64,000 bases of DNA from assembly GCA_000004985.1 (NCBI GenBank), contig GG738884.1. One strand, written 5' to 3'. Shown here piece by piece: positions 10,462 to 21,339 of the stretch. Each line of letters begins with the position of its first letter. Within the stretch, counting starts at the first letter, position 1. The DNA comes from Naegleria gruberi (lineage: Eukaryota). Under the pieces are notes generated by a model. The model was not told the DNA's origin. It searched no databases and saw nothing but the letters and a program-made list of their open reading frames with translations. A program made the translations under genes and the position numbers.

Positions 10462-12264
10462 TTAAAATATGCCATACTTTCCAGGAGAGAGAATATTATT
10501 AGGATCAAGCGTTTTCTTTAAAGTTTGAAGAAGAGGTGGAACTGCATTATTGTCTTGTAACCAATTGACTGATTGAATTCCCAATCTGTATGGAACGTAG
10601 CCCAGTTTTTGACCTGCGTTCATTAGTTCATGATAGCACACTTGTGCACGTTTCATTTCTTCCTCATTATTTCTATCAAATAATAGAGGAATAGTACCAA
10701 CGCAACATCTATCCGAAAGACTGGTCAAAGTCATGAGTGGTTCAGTTTTGTGTTTCTTACAAATTTCATTGACCATTGAGGTGAATGAGTTCAAGTCTTG
10801 AGGAGTGATTGGTATGAGTGGATTGTACCAAATAATACCAGCTCCATCTTTGGATGGATTCCAAGGTTTATCTGTTGGTCTTTCACCTGATTTCCAATAA
10901 GCAATACGAAGACCAGTTTCATTTGGAATACCAGAAAATAACTCTAAAGATTTGGAAAGAACATTCGCATAGGTTGCCAAGTGTGTCTTGTTCACAATTG
11001 GAATTTGGTTTAAAAAGCTGGAAGTGGAGTGGACGAAATTGGCAGAAAGAAAGATATTTCTCTTACTTCCATACCTTCTCAAAATCTTCTTGATATCACT
11101 TCTTGCAGCTTTGATCACTGCAGAACTGCCATACAAATTACCAACTCCGTTCCATGCTGTGAATTGATTCTTCTTACAGAACGAATCAATATACGATTGT
11201 GGTAGCATTCCATCGACTGCTTGATCTTTCGGATAAGGCCCAGCCATAGGCACCATGGCATAGTTATTGATTAGTTTTACAGAACCAATAATTCCATTAG
11301 AACATCTCAAGATTTCTTTGGAAGCAGAAACAGCATTCGAAAGGTCATCAAAAAAGAAGAAGAAACTTTCAACCTTTTCTGGTTTAGGATACAAGGCAAT
11401 CGACATCTTGGTTACAATTCCCAAATTACTTTGAGAAAACAAACCCTCCAAATAAGGACCAGTTTGCCATTTGTAAAGTGTGGAAACATGTTTCCCGCCC
11501 ATTTTGTCCAACATGGATTCATGGACATTACCTGTTGGTAACACAATTCTCATACTTGTAGCAGCACCAAAATGATCAATGTATGGTGAGATTCCATATC
11601 CTCTTTCCAGAGCATTGGAAAGTAAACTACATGTTGGACCAGCACCAGTAACAGGAACTGTATAGTCAAGATTCCTTTCTTGTAAATAATCCAAAAGTTG
11701 TTGTTGAGTAACACCTGGTTCGACATGTGCAACACCATTTTCTTCATCCATATCTAATCTTGTCATTTTACTCATCTTTAACAAGACAGTTCTTTGATTA
11801 GTGGCAGGAAGAGCTGAGCCATAACCCCAATTCTGACCAGAACTGACAGGATTTAAAGGTACTTGATATCTGTTGGCTATCTTGACAATCTGAACAACCT
11901 GATCATGACTTGTTGGATAAACAATAGCTGGAACGTTTCGAATATTTCCAGAGCAATCAGCAAGCTCTCTCGAAAGACTTTCCTCATCTGTTGCCACATT
12001 AGTTGCACCAACAATAGAACGAAAGTGTTCCAGAGCTCTTGCCAACAAAATATCACCATTCGTCAAAGAGTCTTTGTTAGTAATCTTGAGTGAAGCTTGC
12101 TCGACATGTGAAAGCTCTTCTTTGACTTTCAATGGAGAATGAGTAATAATAGAAGATGAAGAATAGAAAGAGAGTGTATTAGGTGAAGTATTATTGGTAA
12201 AAGAACCAATGAACAACAACTTATTCTTATGGACATTCGCTAATTGATTTCGAATAGTTTTCAT
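10462..12264 (-). CDS. FAD-linked oxidoreductase of the VAO/PCMH family with an FAD_binding_4 N-terminal domain.
   Basis: A 600-aa ORF with an ATG at 12264. The FAD_binding_4 region is clear: ...VPAIVYPTSHDQVVQIVKIANRYQVPLNPVSSGQNWGYGSA...VEPGVTQQQLLDYL...VTGAGPTCSLLSNALERGYG. A large C-terminal substrate domain follows. About 60 N-terminal residues form an extension that could be a targeting peptide. Confidence 0.65.
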   Translation of the reverse strand: MKTIRNQLANVHKNKLLFIGSFTNNTSPNTLSFYSSSSIITHSPLKVKEELSHVEQASLKITNKDSLTNGDILLARALEHFRSIVGATNVATDEESLSRELADCSGNIRNVPAIVYPTSHDQVVQIVKIANRYQVPLNPVSSGQNWGYGSALPATNQRTVLLKMSKMTRLDMDEENGVAHVEPGVTQQQLLDYLQERNLDYTVPVTGAGPTCSLLSNALERGYGISPYIDHFGAATSMRIVLPTGNVHESMLDKMGGKHVSTLYKWQTGPYLEGLFSQSNLGIVTKMSIALYPKPEKVESFFFFFDDLSNAVSASKEILRCSNGIIGSVKLINNYAMVPMAGPYPKDQAVDGMLPQSYIDSFCKKNQFTAWNGVGNLYGSSAVIKAARSDIKKILRRYGSKRNIFLSANFVHSTSSFLNQIPIVNKTHLATYANVLSKSLELFSGIPNETGLRIAYWKSGERPTDKPWNPSKDGAGIIWYNPLIPITPQDLNSFTSMVNEICKKHKTEPLMTLTSLSDRCCVGTIPLLFDRNNEEEMKRAQVCYHELMNAGQKLGYVPYRLGIQSVNWLQDNNAVPPLLQTLKKTLDPNNILSPGKYGIF

Positions 12265-12472
12265 TTTGTTTTTTAAATTGATTGCAAAGAGTTCACTGGT
12301 GTGAGCACTCTATCCCAACAAAAACACAAAATGATTCAAACAAATTCATTTGAGATGGCTATACTGGAATGTTTACAATATTTTTCATTGGTTGAGTAAT
12401 TGATCTTGTGCACAGCATTGGGAAACCTAATCCTTTCCGGTATTTTGAACAAGATTTTCTCATGAGACTTCT

Positions 12473-12522
12473 NNNNNNNNNNNNNNNNNNNNNNNNNNNN
12501 NNNNNNNNNNNNNNNNNNNNNN
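12473..12522. other. Assembly gap of 50 N that lies inside a gene.
   Basis: A run of N in the sequence. The coding exon of the PRXL2-RGS gene resumes immediately at 12523. Confidence 0.95.
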
Positions 12523-14122
12523 GTCACAAAAACACAACATTCTCCTCATCTTTCGTCGATTTGTAAGTTTCGGCGGGTGTGCCTTCTGCAATAGACGAAT
12601 GGTAGAGTTGATGGAATTTTACAGATCGCTCACACAGTTGAACATTGTACCAATTGTTGTTTATCCGGAAACTGAGGAAAGAGGAGAAGATTTTTTCAAT
12701 TCTGTAAGTTTACTACTGTTCAATGTTCAATAATATTAAATATTAAATACTATATTTACAATAATAATTAACTATTACTATTGAATATTTAACAACTTAC
12801 AAAAAAAATATTTAAAGTGGGAAATTCCCGAAATTTCATCACTCATTCGCGTTCCCGATCCAAACAATGAATTCGCCACTGTTTTTGATATTTACTCCGG
12901 CTCAGTTTCCAAAAAAGTAATCCTGACCTATCTCATTCCACAACTACTACTCACCAAAATGGATGGATTCTCACAGGAACGTAAGAAGAGGGATGAATAC
13001 CATGGGAAAAGTTTCTACATTCGACCTGCAATGTTTCTGATTAGGAGAGGGAAGGTCATCCATTCGTGGCGATTGAATTATGCCGATCATTGTCCTAAGG
13101 TTTTGGAAGAAATTGTTTTGAAATTGGATTTGAAAAGTGGTGGAGGTGATGATTTGGAAAGTTTGAAAATGAATGAGAAAAATGTTGTGAAAATTGAAAG
13201 TAAGAAAGTTATTGGAAAGGAAGAAGAGATGTTGAATGAAGTTTCTAATGAAAATGAAACAAGGAAGGAAGAATGTCAAAATGTAATAATGGAAATGGAA
13301 TTGAAAGAATGTGAATCTCAAATCAAGGAACAAATTCAAATGGAAGAAACTAAACTTGACGAATCTACCCTTCAAACCATTGAAATTTCCACACAAATCG
13401 ACATGCCAATCATTGACACTTCTAGAGAAATTCCAATCTACAAGAGAAAACAAGCAAGCTCATCATTGGAAATAATCACACCAACTGAAAAGAAGGAAAA
13501 TGAAAAAATTCAAACAATCAAAGCAAAGAAATCTCTCCAACCTAAATATTCCTGTTTTGGAAATCGAAATGTGGTAGGAGATTCGGATTTGAACATGTTG
13601 GTAGTTTTGGAAAATCCGAAACTTCGTAAATATTTCAAACTGTTTGCACATATGGAATTTAATATTGAGAATATTCTATTTTGGGAAGAAGTTAATACTC
13701 ACTACAAGCCAATTGCTTCATTTTCCAAATTTGACAAGACGAAATCAATTGCTACAAGTATTGGAAACCTTTTCCTATTCGATTCTCATTCAGTCATGCA
13801 CGTAAATACTTCGGATAAATTAAGGGAACAAGTAAGGGAACAAATTCAATTTCATTTCGAATCAAAATCCATTACTGAACTATTACCATCGAAATATAGA
13901 GTTAATAGATCATTAGAAGACACTGCTGTCGATCCACTTTCGAATACACCAGAAGAATCTGACAACATTTCACAACTTTCAATTGCTGATCGATTTAATG
14001 AAACAGTTACTGGAATATTTGATCCCATCATTAACGAAATGTTATCCTCTTCCATACAGGACATGTTTTTAAGATTCAGGACAAGTGATTTATTCTCCCA
14101 AATGATTTCTTCAGTAAAATAA
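12523..14122 (+). CDS. Fusion protein with an N-terminal PRXL2/FAM213-type thioredoxin-fold (AhpC/TSA-like, CxxC) domain and a C-terminal RGS domain. It is 5'-partial because of the gap. Exons are 12523..12703 and 12818..14122.
   Basis: The exon after the gap reads ...ILLIFRRFVSFGGCAFCNRRMVELMEFYRSLTQLNIVPIVVYPETEERGEDFFNS and ends at a GTAAGT donor (12704). The acceptor is ...tttaaag|TGG (12817/12818), in frame. Translation then continues ...MDGFSQERKKRDEYHGKSFYIRPAMFLIRRGKVIHSWRLNYADHCP, which matches the PRXL2A C-terminal half (NGGFSG...GGVFVVG..GKQGIL). It runs directly into the ORF-track ORF 12959..14122, whose C-terminus carries RGS motifs (YFKLFAHMEFNIENILFWEEVNTHYK ... SIQDMFLRFRTSDLFSQMI). 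A candidate first exon lies upstream of the gap, with an ATG at 12331 (MIQTNSFEMAILECLQYFSLVE, resembling PRXL2A ...AALEYLEDIDL); this is uncertain. Confidence 0.6.
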
Positions 14123-14657
14123 ATCTACAGATTTTTGGTCAACTAATCCAACATGATTACTATATGATTTTTATACACTTTGGTTACAATGAGTAGAGTG
14201 TTATGTGTAGTAGAACATGGAAACATGGAAAACATGGAAACATCCACAAGAAGAACAAGCTGGTACTCACTAGTTTCGTATTGACCTTATGGTTTCACAT
14301 TTTGTAATAAAAAAGTTTTAACAAGTTGCGTTTTCAAAGGTATTACAATCCAAAAGAGTGAGGTGAATGGATATTGTTATTTCGATTTCCTTATGTCGTT
14401 CATAATCATGAAATGTCATGATTATTTTTTTTATTGACATGTAAATGGTTCCAGTTGGGTTAATCGATGTTTCGAACAATATTGAGAGATTACCTCTTGA
14501 ATGTAGCTACAATTCATGATAAATCAGCTTCCATTACAAATATTCGTGAGCCTCTCCCGTGATTTTGATTTGCTTTTTTGGAGTATTACATATTGTTTCG
14601 AATAGTTTCCACAAGTTATAATAAAAATCAAGAAAAAATAGAGTAACAACAATAATA

Positions 14658-16415
14658 ATGGATATACTCAAAGCCAAACTCAATCCTCAACATGCTGGCA
14701 TGCTGCTTAGAGACCAGGTGTTAAAAACAGACAAGGAATGGAATGTCCTCCCATCAGATTCGAATAACATTCCTTACTATTTCTTCTGGTTGATGAATCC
14801 TGATAATCAAGCAGCCGCTCAACTGCAACATCGCTTACTCATCAAACAAGCAACTACTCCACAAGAACTCTCTTATAACTCTCTATTAGAAACTCTAAAC
14901 GATAGAGATGACATTTACCATGATGAACAAGATTGGTTTCAGAGAGAATTATACGATTTAGATGTTCAGAAGGAGAATCTCAATGAATACTTTTACTACT
15001 TTCAAAAGCATACGACTAAGAGTATGTTGAAGGTGCATGAAAACGTTCATGATAGATGGGCACAGTTTTCTCGAGTGGTTAGGGAACCAACAGCAAACGA
15101 AAGTCAACTAAACATATTCGAAACCTCAAAATTCACTCCCATGCAAAGTATGAATAATAGATCCCACTTTATTGTTGCGCTGAAGATATTGGACACTGAA
15201 TATCATGCACAGAATCCTACAATGCCACCAAAATATAACTCTGTTGGTCATGTTGCCTTCTCTGTAAAAGATCTATACATTGATGGGAAAGTTTACAAAG
15301 TTGGGTTGGCTGGTTCTGGATGGTGTGCTCAGAAATACCGTACCCAATGTCCATCTATCAAGTTTAGTGCATGGTTTATGAAGATTCTAATGATGATTCA
15401 CATGAATATTCGTTACTGCTATGCCCATGTCTTTGCTGAAAATTCGAAAAGTTTCGGTTACATTGCAAAGAGTGGAATGGCTGCAACAAGATTTCGTTTA
15501 AAGTATTTAGGTTTCAATTTGAGTTTAGAAGATCATGTCAACATTTCTTCCTTTGACTCTCAAAAACAATTGCAAAACAAGGCAACTCCTCAATTGACCG
15601 ATCTTCACAAGGTCCAATCTTTGGAAGAATACAAAACTCTGATGGACAAAATCTATGGGAAATCCAATTTCCTCATCACACACTTGGACAACATCTTTTA
15701 CCATCCATTCTTTGCTGGATGTTTCATTGACGAGAAGGCACAAGCTTCCTTCCAAGTATGGAAATGTAAATATGCCACCGATCAAAAGACAAACACTCAA
15801 ATTCCAGCATTCATCATCTTTAACACTGTACATTTATCACAATGTGATATTCCACTCACTTCTCAACAAGGTGATCAACTCATGCACTCCATTCGTGAGT
15901 CACTCATTCCACAACTTGTCAAACAAGATACCAAACTTGTCAATTTAGCATTTGCCACTCATGGCGGATCCATTTATCAATATCTATTGAGAAATTACTC
16001 CCATTTAGAGAGTATTTCATTTGCCTCATTGTACTATACCTTTCAGGATAACTTTAAATTGGCTGGCTTGACTAAGAGAGCTCAGCAAACATCTCTTGAT
16101 CCAGTTTCGAAATTCCTCATGCCATCTCAACAAGATTCTAATGAAGAAGAAGCAACAGGTCAACAAGAACAACATATGGAGAGGAATCTCTTTTTGGATA
16201 TCAGAGATTGCACTGGTAAGCCAATGGTATGGTCGGAGGAAATTAAGGAAACTGAGATGGCCACAATCAAACATGTTTCATTGTCTGCATCTGGCATTGT
16301 TGATAGAACAGCAAGACTTGCTGATCAATTGGCTACTAGTAAGAGTACTCCTCCTCCTCCAATTGCTGTATCTTCTCCATTCACTTCACATTCATTGTTT
16401 GCCTCCAAATTGTAA
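14658..16415 (+). CDS. Hypothetical protein of 585 aa.
   Basis: ATG at 14658. I recognise no family. The C-terminus has a PPPP tract. Confidence 0.35.
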   Translation: MDILKAKLNPQHAGMLLRDQVLKTDKEWNVLPSDSNNIPYYFFWLMNPDNQAAAQLQHRLLIKQATTPQELSYNSLLETLNDRDDIYHDEQDWFQRELYDLDVQKENLNEYFYYFQKHTTKSMLKVHENVHDRWAQFSRVVREPTANESQLNIFETSKFTPMQSMNNRSHFIVALKILDTEYHAQNPTMPPKYNSVGHVAFSVKDLYIDGKVYKVGLAGSGWCAQKYRTQCPSIKFSAWFMKILMMIHMNIRYCYAHVFAENSKSFGYIAKSGMAATRFRLKYLGFNLSLEDHVNISSFDSQKQLQNKATPQLTDLHKVQSLEEYKTLMDKIYGKSNFLITHLDNIFYHPFFAGCFIDEKAQASFQVWKCKYATDQKTNTQIPAFIIFNTVHLSQCDIPLTSQQGDQLMHSIRESLIPQLVKQDTKLVNLAFATHGGSIYQYLLRNYSHLESISFASLYYTFQDNFKLAGLTKRAQQTSLDPVSKFLMPSQQDSNEEEATGQQEQHMERNLFLDIRDCTGKPMVWSEEIKETEMATIKHVSLSASGIVDRTARLADQLATSKSTPPPPIAVSSPFTSHSLFASKL

Positions 16416-16582
16416 CATTCTTCCGATAATAATAATTATTATTATACTATTATTATAATAATACTCATCATTAAAATCATGTAAATATTATATTAATATT
16501 GTTAGTAATATATTATTTAATTCCGATAATAAATACTAAAATCATCATCATCAATAAATTAATTTAATTTAACAAAATTGGT

Positions 16583-17068
16583 TTAATTGAAACCCAACAA
16601 TTCAATTTCAAAAACAAGAGTAGAATTTGGTGGAATGCTTGGAGGTGCACCTCTTTGACCATATCCATAAGTTGAATCCAATTCAAAGATACTCTTTTCT
16701 CCGACCTTCATTGAAAGACAAGCATGTTCCCATCCACTAATAACTTGATGAGCACCTAATTTGAATTCAAAAGGTTGATTTCTAGTACGAGAGCTATCAA
16801 ATTGAGCACCTGTTGATTTAAGAGTTCCTACATAATGAACACTGACTGTATTTCCGTTTGATGGAGAAGCAGCATCATCCTTTGCAGCAGTGATAATCTT
16901 CTTCTTTACCAATCCGTCTTGAGTCAAAGAAATCCACAAAGCAGCCTTCTTTTGTTCCTTTGCATCCTTCTTCTTTTGTTTTTGTTCATTCTTCTTGGCC
17001 ATATCTTGCAAGAACTTTAAATCATCATCATTTTGCTTTTTTGTTGTTGGGGCCTTCTTGTTGGTCAT
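16583..17068 (-). CDS. FKBP-type peptidyl-prolyl cis-trans isomerase with a Lys-rich N-terminal extension.
   Basis: ATG at 17068. The FKBP core is VHYVGTLKSTGAQFDSSRTRNQPFEFKLGAHQVISGWEHACLSMKVGEKSIFELDSTYGYGQRGAPPSIPPNSTLVFEIELL. The basic N-terminus, KKQNDDDLKFLQDMAKKNEQKQKKKDAKEQKK, suggests a nuclear or nucleolar FKBP. Confidence 0.75.
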   Translation of the reverse strand: MTNKKAPTTKKQNDDDLKFLQDMAKKNEQKQKKKDAKEQKKAALWISLTQDGLVKKKIITAAKDDAASPSNGNTVSVHYVGTLKSTGAQFDSSRTRNQPFEFKLGAHQVISGWEHACLSMKVGEKSIFELDSTYGYGQRGAPPSIPPNSTLVFEIELLGFN

Positions 17069-17290
17069 TTTTTTTAAATATTAATTTTCAATTTTTTAAA
17101 AATAGAAATTTCACGATTTCCTTCAGAATTTTTCAATCTTTTCATGAATTTTATTAAGGTGATAATCTGTTCGAAACGATTGATCTATTGGTTGTATCAA
17201 TTCTCAAAGGAACAATTACATGGAGGAAATCAAGTTACAATAGAAATTTAGTTTACTTTCAATTTATTGTGAATTAGAAAATGAGAAACC

Positions 17291-17728
17291 TTAATAAACT
17301 GGCCGTATTTGGCGACCATCATCAATGTTTGAATTGTTGAGAAGTGAATCATTCAGAGAAGATTTTTCATTCTTCTCCAAATCCTTCTTCTTTTCACTAG
17401 CTCTCTTTTTACATCGATCTGAAATTTTAATAAAACTAAAGAGAAGCATAGTTGAAAAACAACAACATGAGCATACGAGAATTACTGAACAAGTAATTAT
17501 TTCATCAACATTATATTGTATCTGGTGAGAATAGTAAATTCCATACGCTGAACCTCCAACTAGTGCCATTGCAATTAGAAGCGCAAGAATGAAAAAGCAA
17601 TAAAGTACTGAGGGTGGTAATGGTCGAACTGTTACGGGGGGAAGTTGTCGAGCTGGGACAACTGGCTCGTAGACCTCCTCTACTCTATGGACTGTGATAA
17701 TGTAATTTCCTTTCTTGATTACTGACAT
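17291..17728 (-). CDS. Small hypothetical membrane protein.
   Basis: The ORF starts at a TTG; the first ATG is at 17728. It has a PP-rich stretch, one or two TM helices and a CSCCC cluster. No family. Confidence 0.3.
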   Translation of the reverse strand: MSVIKKGNYIITVHRVEEVYEPVVPARQLPPVTVRPLPPSVLYCFFILALLIAMALVGGSAYGIYYSHQIQYNVDEIITCSVILVCSCCCFSTMLLFSFIKISDRCKKRASEKKKDLEKNEKSSLNDSLLNNSNIDDGRQIRPVY

Positions 17729-17981
17729 TTTTTTATGTGATTTGAATTGCAAGTAAGAATAACCAACTATTTTAAACCTCTGCAGACGAAACGTGATTTC
17801 TCAAAATAGATAATGCCATAACGTGATTTGAATTATGAATTTGAATATTAGAATCTCTTTTCATTCATTAGTTGATGATGACAATTCATATTGTGTAAGA
17901 TCAAATCTGAAAACAAGTTTATGTGTATTTTTTAAGGGTTGTGTGTACAATATTTACAGTAAAGGTAAGAAGTTTAGTTTT

Positions 17982-19370
17982 TTACCTGTAGAATGATGTG
18001 ACCATGTCAGTAACAGAATCCTCATAAACTCCAATAATGTGCATGAGAATGATACCAGCAGTGACGCTTCCAATGGCATAGTAGAGCTTGGTTGGGAAAT
18101 CAGAAGTTTGAGCATCCTTATGAACCTTCTTTTCAGTCTTTTCATCTTCGTTTTTAATTTCTGGAACGGCCACTAATTCACTACTTTCCACTAATTGATC
18201 CAAGATTATTGGAATCATGGATGTGGCAATGTACATAAAACTACCAGCACTCAAAGCAACCAGATGCTTTTCATTAATAAACAAAAATTCAAATCCATGA
18301 TCAGATGTCAAAATTAATCCAAATAAGCAACCAACAACTGACAAGACTCCACTCAGGAAATTGAAGAATAGAGCCTTCTTTACACTAAATCCAGCACTCA
18401 ATAAAATTCCATAATCTGACAATTCTTGTGGAATTTCATGCATACAAATACACAAAACATTGGCAATACCAACAGGAATTGAAACTTGAAAAGCACCTGC
18501 AATTCCTGCACCATCCATAAAATTGTGAATACCATCTCCAATCAAATTGATCCATCCTACTGCCTTAATATGAGAATGACCGTGGTGGTGAGAGTGTCCT
18601 CCTAATTTCACCTCATTGGCCTTCTCCTTCTTTTCCTCTCTCCTTTGACGAACTCTGAGATAGACCTCAATCAACAAACACAAGATGAATCCAAATAATA
18701 TGACAAATGAGTGACCAGAAGCTTCCAAATTATGAACATGTTTTCCTCCACTGCCATGACTGTGACCACTATCATGGCTGTGTTCTTCCGAAGCATAGAG
18801 AATTGGCAACAAGTGCAAGAAACAATCTCCTAACAAGGATCCAACAGCCAAACAACTCAATATAAATTGTAAATTACTCATTGTTGCACCATTCTCTTGT
18901 CCTCTAATACCATAAAACAGTAAACTAGCCCCAACAAAAGACAATAAAGAAACTCCAAAGGAACTTCCCAACGAATACATCCAAATCGATAATTTAGAAG
19001 GTTGATGTTGTTGCTTTTCTTCATGAAGGTTGTGATCATGGTGATGATGATCTCCTTCCTTGTGTATTTCTTTTGTTTCCAATAAATGTCGATGAATTTG
19101 CTGATGTTTTTCATTGTTATTATTTGTATTAACTTCCTTGTGCTCATAATGATGCTCGTGATGCTCATGTTCGTGATGATGCTGGCACTTGTGTTTCTCC
19201 GAAGAGTGTTGTTTATGATGATGGTGATGAGATCCATGAGCATTCACGAGTGAAGATTCGTAATGATGAAAATTTAATAACAACAAGCTCGCCACCAACA
19301 CAACTCCCATCAGCAATAACAAGACGGCTGAGAATCTTCGTGGCCGCTTCTGTTGTTGTATTAAAGACAT
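17982..19370 (-). CDS. ZIP (Zrt/Irt-like, LIV-1 subtype) metal-ion transporter with His-rich loops.
   Basis: ATG at 19370. Signature motif HEIPQELSDYGILLSAGFS (consensus HEIPHELGDFAVLL). Long His-rich runs (HHHHHKQHSSEKHKCQHHHEHEHHEHHYEHK, GHSHHHGHSH). Multiple TM helices. Confidence 0.75.
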   Translation of the reverse strand: MSLIQQQKRPRRFSAVLLLLMGVVLVASLLLLNFHHYESSLVNAHGSHHHHHKQHSSEKHKCQHHHEHEHHEHHYEHKEVNTNNNNEKHQQIHRHLLETKEIHKEGDHHHHDHNLHEEKQQHQPSKLSIWMYSLGSSFGVSLLSFVGASLLFYGIRGQENGATMSNLQFILSCLAVGSLLGDCFLHLLPILYASEEHSHDSGHSHGSGGKHVHNLEASGHSFVILFGFILCLLIEVYLRVRQRREEKKEKANEVKLGGHSHHHGHSHIKAVGWINLIGDGIHNFMDGAGIAGAFQVSIPVGIANVLCICMHEIPQELSDYGILLSAGFSVKKALFFNFLSGVLSVVGCLFGLILTSDHGFEFLFINEKHLVALSAGSFMYIATSMIPIILDQLVESSELVAVPEIKNEDEKTEKKVHKDAQTSDFPTKLYYAIGSVTAGIILMHIIGVYEDSVTDMVTSFYR

Positions 19371-19710
19371 TTTTTTGTAATTTAATATTTATTATAATTT
19401 AATTTATTATTAATATTGATAAGGTCCTAAATTGAACTCTTAGTAGCATTCGTAGTCACCCTTAATATAGTTGTTGGTTTTGCTATTGGAAATCTGTAAA
19501 TGCAAAGCAACTAGAGTAATTAAACAAGTTGGTTGAACCCAATTACTTTATTGGATGTGGTGTTATTGGAACGGATGAGATTTTAGTTGCGATCCAAAAA
19601 TTGATACTTTCCATTTAATAACAGCTTTGACATTTGCAACTTTTATGGATCAAAGGGAGAAAATATGAAATTAGATTGAGTGAACCTTGTAAATACTAAA
19701 CAACAAATAA

Positions 19711-21339
19711 ATGATGCAAGTTCATCAAAAAAAAATGCAAGATTTATCCATTCTCATTCCACCAGAATTATGGCGAACTGTTTATTCATTCCTCAACACA
19801 CCATATCGACCACATTTTGAAAGAGTCAATCTCCTATTCAGATCTTTATGTCTCGAAGAGGAAAGAAGAGAAATCAATGAAATATTTCAACTCCACAATA
19901 GGTATTTGTTAAAGCCACTATGTGAAGCACCTGTTGCAGAGGAAAAGATTAGAAAAATTGAAGAAATGATTCAGAGAAAGATTCCTTTCCACTTGAGAGA
20001 ATTTATTAAAGTATCGGATGGAAGAATCAAGACTATTAGAAGAAGAGAAATGCCTTCAGTGATTAATATGTCTCCTCATTGGAGTAATTGCTTGTATAGT
20101 TTTGATAATTGGTGTTTTTCTGGAAGATTTTTGACAATTTCAACTTTTCACAAACAAAAAACAGAGTTTCGTATTGACTTGGAGAATGGGAAAGTAGAAA
20201 CTTGTTCAAACTCATGTAGAGAAGGGATTTCTGTAAAGGAGTGGTTGAAGATGAGCTTTGATTGTTCAAGAACTATTAATCCATTTAATATTGACAAGCT
20301 ATGTCATGAATCGAATAGAAATGATCTGAAATCAATTTTAAGACATTGTGGGTATTTATTTGAAATATTACCAGAAAATCTCAGAAAAGATAGAGAACTT
20401 GTAAAAAGTGCTTTAGTTTCGTCCAATTTACCTTTCCGATTAACCAGCAAAGAGATTGCAGATGACACTGAATTAGTGAGATGGTATTTCGAGAATGGAA
20501 ACACTAAATTTCAATATCTTTCAGATAAGTTTCGACAAGATAAGAATCTAATACTCAAATATTCCAAAGAATGGGAAGATGCTCATGAATCCCTTTACAC
20601 CGATACGGAAATATTATTGCACTATTTAAAGACGAGTAGACAGAGAATAGTTCCAGAGTTGAAAACTCTCTCAGAAGATTTGATTATTGAAGCCACCAAA
20701 TATGGAAAAGAAGTTAACATTGACAATTGCTTTTCTAATGAGCTTGTTCTAAAGATGTTGGAATATACAACACCCAAGGAAAGAAGTTTACTTGGAAAGA
20801 ATCTCAAAAACCATGAAAAGAGCCTTGATGAGAGAGTTCTGAAAAGACTTTTTGAAGTGAATCCAATTTTTGTGTGTCTCAATTTTGAAAATGAGAATTT
20901 CAAGTTGACAAAAGAACAACTATTACTTGACTTGACTGAATTGGGAGAAAACTTTAAGAATCTTCCTTATCAATGGAGAATGGATAGAGAGGTAGCAAGA
21001 GCAGCCACTCAAAAACAGTTTTATAATTACATATATCTTGATAATGAATTGGCAAATGACATTGAATTCCTGGCACCAATTCTTGAAAATGCAAAAATTC
21101 CACTTTCATTGCCACAACAATATTTCAATCAATTACTTCGAGTTATTAATAAGGATGAGGAAATATTGAGGAAGATACTAACCAATAATCCATCATTACT
21201 TGCTCATACTCCCAATTTGGATGAGGAATTTGTTAATTCTTTGGATTTTAAATATTGTAGTGGAAGATTTATTGAAATCTTGCAAAGGACTAGTTTCGAA
21301 CAATATTGCGAGCACTACAAGCAAAATTATGATTATTGA
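19711..21339 (+). CDS. Protein with an F-box-like N-terminus and DUF4116-type repeats.
   Basis: The N-terminus LSILIPPELWRTVYSFLNTPYRP is F-box-like. Repeated units follow the pattern ...LRKDRELVKSALVSSNLPFRLTSKEIADDTELV / ...FRQDKNLILKYSKE..., matching DUF4116 (x-e-L-r-x-D-k-e-v-v-l-x-A-V). Coordinates are from the ORF track; my hand count of the start differs by 1 nt. Confidence 0.45.
   Translation: MMQVHQKKMQDLSILIPPELWRTVYSFLNTPYRPHFERVNLLFRSLCLEEERREINEIFQLHNRYLLKPLCEAPVAEEKIRKIEEMIQRKIPFHLREFIKVSDGRIKTIRRREMPSVINMSPHWSNCLYSFDNWCFSGRFLTISTFHKQKTEFRIDLENGKVETCSNSCREGISVKEWLKMSFDCSRTINPFNIDKLCHESNRNDLKSILRHCGYLFEILPENLRKDRELVKSALVSSNLPFRLTSKEIADDTELVRWYFENGNTKFQYLSDKFRQDKNLILKYSKEWEDAHESLYTDTEILLHYLKTSRQRIVPELKTLSEDLIIEATKYGKEVNIDNCFSNELVLKMLEYTTPKERSLLGKNLKNHEKSLDERVLKRLFEVNPIFVCLNFENENFKLTKEQLLLDLTELGENFKNLPYQWRMDREVARAATQKQFYNYIYLDNELANDIEFLAPILENAKIPLSLPQQYFNQLLRVINKDEEILRKILTNNPSLLAHTPNLDEEFVNSLDFKYCSGRFIEILQRTSFEQYCEHYKQNYDY

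Noticed and set aside
12560-12570. A GTAAGT hexamer at about 12563 inside the PRXL2 exon.
   Set aside because: It is in frame within conserved coding sequence (RRFVSFGG). The real donor is the GTAAGT at 12704.
16416-16582. The motif ttccgataataa twice in the AT-rich convergent 3' intergenic region.
   Set aside because: It is too short and AT-rich to distinguish from chance. No terminator or poly(A) signal could be supported.
19710-19715. A one-base disagreement between my hand count of the ATG at 19710 and the track start at 19711.
   Set aside because: It is probably my own counting error. Frames up to 19737 sit at one offset and those around 20251 at another. I kept the track coordinates.
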